The position numbers were made by a program, and so were the translations under genes. A stretch of 63,915 nt of DNA, counting the filler, from Thermoplasmatota archaeon (GTDB taxonomy: Archaea > Thermoplasmatota > E2 > JACPAO01 > JAHFTW01): NCBI GenBank assembly GCA_041623215.1. It is 4 parts of 4 records of this genome, joined end to end, with 100 filler letters (N's around TTAATTAATTAA, not from the genome) between each part and the next. Parts side by side here need not be neighbours in the genome. Positions count along the whole stretch, not along the records: positions 52,174 to 63,915 come from JBFJXH010000051.1; 3 more parts are not named here. One strand, written 5' to 3'. Shown piece after piece: positions 59,488-63,915 of the stretch (positions are counted from its first letter, which is position 1; each line of letters starts with the position of its first letter). The notes under the pieces were generated by a model, which worked only from the letters and a program-made list of their open reading frames with translations, was not told the origin of the DNA and did not search any database.

Positions 59488-60846
59488 GTGTCCTTGCGTC
59501 GGACGTCCTTCGTCGCCGCCCTCTTGACTCTCTTGGCTACTGCTGCGCCTGCTTCGGCGCGGTGGGGAATGCCTGAGCCCTTGACGCCGACGGGCGTCGT
59601 GATGGAGAACATCTACTCGCAGATCTTCCTGGCAGCGCTGCTGGTGTCGCTGTTCGTATTCGCGCTACTTGCCTATGTGGTGTGGCGCTTCCGTGCCAGC
59701 AGCGGCCACGGCCGCGCCACGCACGAACATGAGCGGGACAACCTGAAGGCGGAGATGACGTGGACCATCATTCCATTGTTCATCATGATCTGGGTTGGCG
59801 TCATCAGTTACCAAGGCCTTGTGGCCCTCGACAGCAGCTTCGACGACGATGACATCGAGTACAACATCGGCATCGTGGCTAGCAAGTGGAACTGGCGCGC
59901 CGTTTACGAGGGCGGGTTCGACAACGGCGGGTTCGAGCTGACGAGCAGCCCCAGCTTCAGCAATGGAGCAGAGCGCAACTTCGTCAACGACGAGAACGTC
60001 TTCTATCTGCCATCGGACACGATTATTCGATTCACGGTCACGAGTGCAGACATCCTCCACGCGTGGGCTCTGTTTGACAGCAACGGGGCCGCTGTTGGCA
60101 TGATTGACGCCGCTCCCAGCGGGCCGACTCAGTTCAACGAATTGGAAGTCATCCTGCCCGATGGCGAATATTGGGTCAAGTGCAAGGAGCATTGCTTCAA
60201 CCCCGGCCACGCCTACATGCGGGCCAGGGTCATTGCCGTGCCCCCTGCCGAGTTCAACGGATGGGCTGATGAGACCCGCCTGACGGCCGGTGCCAGTGTG
60301 GTTGCCGAACTTGGCATGCTCCTAAGCGACGGCGGCGTCAGCACGGAAGGCAACTACACGGTCGTCAAATCGAGTCGCGTCGTCATGCAGGTTGGCAATG
60401 CCGAAGCAACCGACGCACGACTCACGAGCGCTGAGCTCGGCCTCGACATCACGATTCCCCCAAACACGTTGTATCGCTTCGCGTTTGATGCGCCAACACC
60501 GGGCACATTTACCCTTATGACGCCCGCCGGCCCGGTGGATTTGACCGTGCTGGACGCCGAGTCGGTGACCGTCGAATTGTTCGAATGGGGCATCGAGCCA
60601 GCCAACTTGCAGTTGCAAGCTGGCAAGACGTACCTCGTCAATGTTGTCAACAGCGGCGACTCCGACCACAACCTGTTCATCGGTGACCTCGGGGCGCGAA
60701 GTGCAGCCTTCAAGTCGGTGGACATCGCCGGCGGAGCCAGCACGTCCTTCCTCGTGCAGGGCGCCTCGGCAGGCCTGTACGACACATGGTGCAACGTGCC
60801 CAGCCACGATGATCTTGGCATGGTTGGCACGGCCACGGTTGCCTAG
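59488..60846 (+). CDS. coxB: Heme-copper oxidase subunit II with two extra C-terminal cupredoxin domains
   Basis: Signal peptide, 2 TM helices, EMTWTIIP, KWNW, DILHAW, CKEHCFNPGHAYM (CuA); C-terminal HNL...WCNVPSHDDLGM; start GTG 59488 preferred. Confidence 0.88.
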   Translation: MSLRRTSFVAALLTLLATAAPASARWGMPEPLTPTGVVMENIYSQIFLAALLVSLFVFALLAYVVWRFRASSGHGRATHEHERDNLKAEMTWTIIPLFIMIWVGVISYQGLVALDSSFDDDDIEYNIGIVASKWNWRAVYEGGFDNGGFELTSSPSFSNGAERNFVNDENVFYLPSDTIIRFTVTSADILHAWALFDSNGAAVGMIDAAPSGPTQFNELEVILPDGEYWVKCKEHCFNPGHAYMRARVIAVPPAEFNGWADETRLTAGASVVAELGMLLSDGGVSTEGNYTVVKSSRVVMQVGNAEATDARLTSAELGLDITIPPNTLYRFAFDAPTPGTFTLMTPAGPVDLTVLDAESVTVELFEWGIEPANLQLQAGKTYLVNVVNSGDSDHNLFIGDLGARSAAFKSVDIAGGASTSFLVQGASAGLYDTWCNVPSHDDLGMVGTATVA

Positions 60847-60849
60847 ACC

Positions 60850-61730
60850 TGCCCGGCGGCTTCTCCAGCCGACGCGATGGAAAGCCGAGCACGTTCAGGA
60901 TGGCCGCGCCATCTCGGGTGGCCCCGGGCCGGGCGAACCGGAACCCAAGAGCGCTCCCGACACAACGTCGGGCCCAACGAAGAGCCGCGCAAACGGCGAC
61001 GAGCCGGCCGAAGCCGGTAACGGCCCCATCCGTGAGCCAAGGTTTCCGGGCCTTGGACCCCATGCCCCCCAGTCTCCTGGCGGGCGCGTCTTGCACAGGC
61101 ATTCCCGGTGCCTCGTGGGCTAGCAAGCCCCGCGCGATAAATCGCGTGCATGACGTGGCGGATGGCTACTGTCCCCCTCCGGTTGGATACCCGGGCCGGG
61201 CACCGGACGAAGTCCGGTCCCGGTCGGCTGGAAGCCAAGGGGCCCCGTGCGATTCGCCGAAGCGAATCGTTGGCGGATGCACCCGTCGCGTCGTCGTTGC
61301 CGACGGCGCTCCGTCCGCTGGTTTCCCAGTCGGGCGGGTCCGGCTGTCCATCACGGCGCGTTGTCTCCGAAAAGACCGGCGTACGACCAAAGGCCGCGGC
61401 CACGCTGCCCAAAACAAGTTTGGGCGAACCCGTGCGTCCGGGCCCAACAGGCTGCTGGACCACATCCCGGCCGAAGCCGGTGCACGGCAATCGGCACCGG
61501 CAAGCCGGGCCAATCGCATGGATCATCCGGGGCGGATGCGACAGCGTTGCTGGCAGTTACCCACCAGCACTCGCGGCGGCTTGCCCTCCAATCCCGTGGC
61601 CGGGTCGGTGGGCGCTGACGACTCCCCGAAGGGTCTCGCCAGATGCAGTTCCCGTCCGTTACCAGGCGGGTCTCGGGACCGCACAAGTCGGCCCCCGCCG
61701 CGACGACCGTTGTCGCCGCTTGCGCGGAGT
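60850..61730 (-). ncRNA. Candidate large (~880 nt) highly structured non-coding RNA of unrecognised family
   Basis: No protein-like frame; 5 UUCG- and 6 GNRA-capped hairpins on the minus strand, G-U pairs, long-range stems, upstream TATA/BRE-like element; ends approximate. Confidence 0.75.
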
Positions 61731-61749
61731 TGGCACTATATGCGGGTCG

Positions 61750-61764
61750 TTGAAAGCGATTTTC
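61750..61764 (-). promoter_or_regulatory. Putative BRE/TATA-like promoter for the candidate ncRNA
   Basis: Minus strand GAAAATCGCTTTCAA about 25 nt before the first hairpin; alternative CATATAG at 61736-61742. Confidence 0.4.
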
Positions 61765-61820
61765 GGGAAACGCAGCTTCGCTTGGGCCCCTTGCTGCTGG
61801 CTTCGGATGCAGCCCCTGCA

Positions 61821-62933
61821 TCACATGGAGTCGGAAGGCGGCTTGCCAGTGCGCGCGCCGCGCCAAATGAACCACGCGGCAAGCCCCAGCACGAGGGCCG
61901 AGGCAGCCACCCAAGGCCGCGGGTCACGCAACCACGTGGACGCGGCTGGCCTCGAGTCATCAGCGGCACCACCAACAGGCTCACCATCTGGCACTCGTCC
62001 CGGCAAGGCCGCCTGGCCGGTGTGGTTCTCGTCCTCCCCGCCGTCGTTGACCACGCGACTCGTGCCGTTGGCCGCACTCCATGGCTGCGGCTCCGCCTCC
62101 AAGTGGGCACCGTGGTGCACGCTCAGGAATACTTCATGGTCCAGGCCAGAGCGATAATCTGTGTCCAGTTGCAAGGATTGCATGGACCCGTCCCCGTACT
62201 GGAACTCGAACGCCGCTAGGGCGTGTTGGCCTTCCGGCGCGTCGGGCGGGATGTACACAAGACATTCTTCATCCACGTAGGAAAGCGCAGGAAGCGGGCA
62301 AGCGGTCGTGGCGTGCCACGCATCGGGGCCCTGAAGGGTGATATTGACTCGCGTCAGCGGCTGAGACGCAGAAGCAACAAGCCGCACCGCGACCTCGTCA
62401 CCCGGCTTTACCTGTCGCGGGTCCGAGCGAACCAGCCAGAGCTCGACGCGCTCGTCACCAGTGCCGGTCTCCGCGCCGGGCCGGTGATGCCTGAGCACAC
62501 TCGCCCCGTCGTCTGGCAGGCTGGTCCCGCGCTCCATCAGGGTCGTGCGGCCATGCGTGTCCTCGAGCCAAAGCCATTGCAAGCGAAAGTCGCGGCCCCT
62601 GGCGGCCGGGGGCAAGTCAAAGGTACATTGGACGCGGCCTTGCCGGTCGGCAGGTTCGTAGTTGCATCCAAACGTCACCCCGCTCCCACCATCAACGGCC
62701 GAAAGTTGGCCGGCCACGTGCCACAGCGCCCCGTCGCCCATCCATGCAATGTCGAGCGTCGCCGGCATGCCAAGGGAAATGGTGCCGGGTGCAAACGCAA
62801 CGGCGGAGGCAACCGGAGGTTGGCCGTCCGATTGCCCGGCCGTGGAAGCAGCCAGTAGGGGACCCGCGAGCAACAGCGCCACCAAGATGCCCCACCGGCA
62901 CCCCGTGTTTCGCCACAACTTGAGCGTCGCCAT
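61821..62933 (-). CDS. Secreted, C-terminally anchored protein with two Ig-like repeats
   Basis: Signal peptide; repeats LPPAARGRDFRLQWLWLEDTHG and IPPDAPEGQHALAAFEFQYGDG; C-terminal TM helix plus basic tail. Confidence 0.65.
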   Translation of the reverse strand: MATLKLWRNTGCRWGILVALLLAGPLLAASTAGQSDGQPPVASAVAFAPGTISLGMPATLDIAWMGDGALWHVAGQLSAVDGGSGVTFGCNYEPADRQGRVQCTFDLPPAARGRDFRLQWLWLEDTHGRTTLMERGTSLPDDGASVLRHHRPGAETGTGDERVELWLVRSDPRQVKPGDEVAVRLVASASQPLTRVNITLQGPDAWHATTACPLPALSYVDEECLVYIPPDAPEGQHALAAFEFQYGDGSMQSLQLDTDYRSGLDHEVFLSVHHGAHLEAEPQPWSAANGTSRVVNDGGEDENHTGQAALPGRVPDGEPVGGAADDSRPAASTWLRDPRPWVAASALVLGLAAWFIWRGARTGKPPSDSM

Positions 62934-62953
62934 GACTGGTACGAGTCGGCGCC

Positions 62954-63915
62954 TCACGAGGCCTTTGCGGTCGGTCCCGCGCCGTGCTCGTCGGGCGGGC
63001 CAATCGGATGGCGCCACACGTGGGTCGCCACCAGACTTCCCACAGTAAGGTCGTAGTAGTACGTGACCCCGCGCCAGGCAACGACAAACGCAGGCGTCAA
63101 GCCTGGAGCAAGCGGCGTCAAGAGGGCGATGGCGGTAAGTTCGGCCACGCCAGACCCGCCAGGGGTGACCGGGATGCTGGCCACCATGGTCAGAACAACA
63201 CCAACGAGAATGACATGCAGAAACGGCACGTCGTAACCAAAGCCCCGCAGCAAGAACCACAGCGCTCAGTAGTCGGTAATCCAGTTAGCCGCGCTCAGCA
63301 CGAAGGCCGCCACAACTCGGGCAGGCGACCCTTTCAGGAGTTCCCCTAAGCCGGACCGAACGTCTTGGACCAAGCGCGTTGTCTTGCCCTGCAAATCCGG
63401 CACATCACGGCGCACCATCCGCGCGCCGACACTTACCACCCCCTGGGCCATGGCACCCATGCGTGCCGGAGCCGCCAATGTCATGACCAGCAAGGCAACG
63501 AAGACCACCAACATGGCCAGGCCGAACGCCGTGTAGCGGGCCACGGAGGTGGCATTGTCGCCGAACATTTGCGGCAGCAGAACCGTTGCCACGACGCCCA
63601 TTGTAAGAAAGAACACAAGGTCCGCAGCACGGTCGGCCAGAAGGAGGCGCCCGGCTGCGGCCGGCGTATGCCGGGACCGCAGAAGCACGCCCATCTTCCA
63701 ACCCTCGCCCCCGATGCGCCCCGGGGTGACGGCTGCGGCGGCTAACCCACTCGTAATGATGCGCCAAGAATCGACCATGGACAAGCGCGTCTCCAGGCCC
63801 CCTGCCAGCAACCAAAGGCGAAGCGCCCACCAGGCGTGAGCGCCCATGTGGCACGCAATGGCCGCGCCAATGACCTTGGCATCGAGAGCCGCGAAGGAAC
63901 TGCGCAAGTCTTGGC
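62954..63915 (-). pseudogene. LPG-synthase TM domain/flippase-like (UPF0104) gene interrupted by in-frame TGA (5'-truncated)
   Basis: VTPGRIGGE, DRAADL, then ...WITDY-TGA(63266-63268)-ALWFLLRGFG...IPVTPGGSGVAE continuing in the same frame. Confidence 0.65.

Noticed and set aside
162..60836. Numerous long antisense ORFs (e.g. 162-677, 45379-47004, 32007-32858, 53629-54936)
   Set aside because: Shadow frames of well-supported genes in GC-rich DNA
60876..61060. RNase P-like GGAAAGCCGAGCAC (plus) and SRP-helix-8-like AGGCCCGGAA (minus) in the candidate RNA
   Set aside because: Lacks the GAGGAAAGUCC/CR-V pair of RNase P and the AGCA partner strand of SRP helix 8; length is also far larger than either
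60843..62219. Long ORFs 60900-62219(+), 61150-62157(+), 60843-61526(-), 61351-61914(-) as real genes
   Set aside because: R/P/G/C-rich, motif-free, mutually overlapping frames typical of GC-rich non-coding or antisense DNA; several overlap the real 61821-62933 gene
1..63915. CRISPR arrays, transposases, integrases, phage genes, rRNA
   Set aside because: No regularly spaced repeats or recognisable motifs seen

Overview
High-GC, gene-dense archaeal DNA, most likely Thermoplasmatota (inferred from type-2 IPP isomerase, isopentenyl phosphate kinase, DUF2240, LAGC lipoproteins, TATA-like boxes ~25-30 nt before starts and a tRNA without encoded CCA). The window is four contigs joined by artificial N...TTAATTAATTAA...N linkers (17803-17903, 35223-35322, 52074-52173), so adjacency across these joins is meaningless. 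Contig 1 is a surface-glycan locus: glycosyltransferases, Wzx flippase, two DegT aminotransferases, an acyltransferase, rmlBACD, and a sulfotransferase-cysQ-sat/cysC PAPS module. Contig 2 is mostly housekeeping: rpiA, an HPrK/PEPCK-like P-loop protein, corA, Asp-box lipoproteins, Sir2, purC, purF, a type II glutamine synthetase with a divergent Lrp regulator, and a CNNM protein. Contig 3 carries an unusual envelope locus (EpsI-like protein, a 1471-aa DUF1616/coiled-coil/CPBP protease fusion, a tandem DUF1616 protein, glycosyltransferases), then mvk, tatC/tatA, ipk, fni, a GlmU-like gene and glmS. Contig 4 has mscS, tRNA-Gly(GCC), an A1-type heme-copper oxidase whose subunit II is divergently transcribed and fused to a blue-copper domain, and a flippase-like gene with an in-frame UGA. 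The most striking element is the ~0.9 kb stretch at ~60850-61730. It has no credible protein frame, and on the minus strand it is packed with hairpins capped by UUCG (5) and GNRA (6) tetraloops, with long-range stems and an internal duplication. It is a candidate large, previously undescribed structured ncRNA. All family assignments are from motif recognition by eye; no searches were run.
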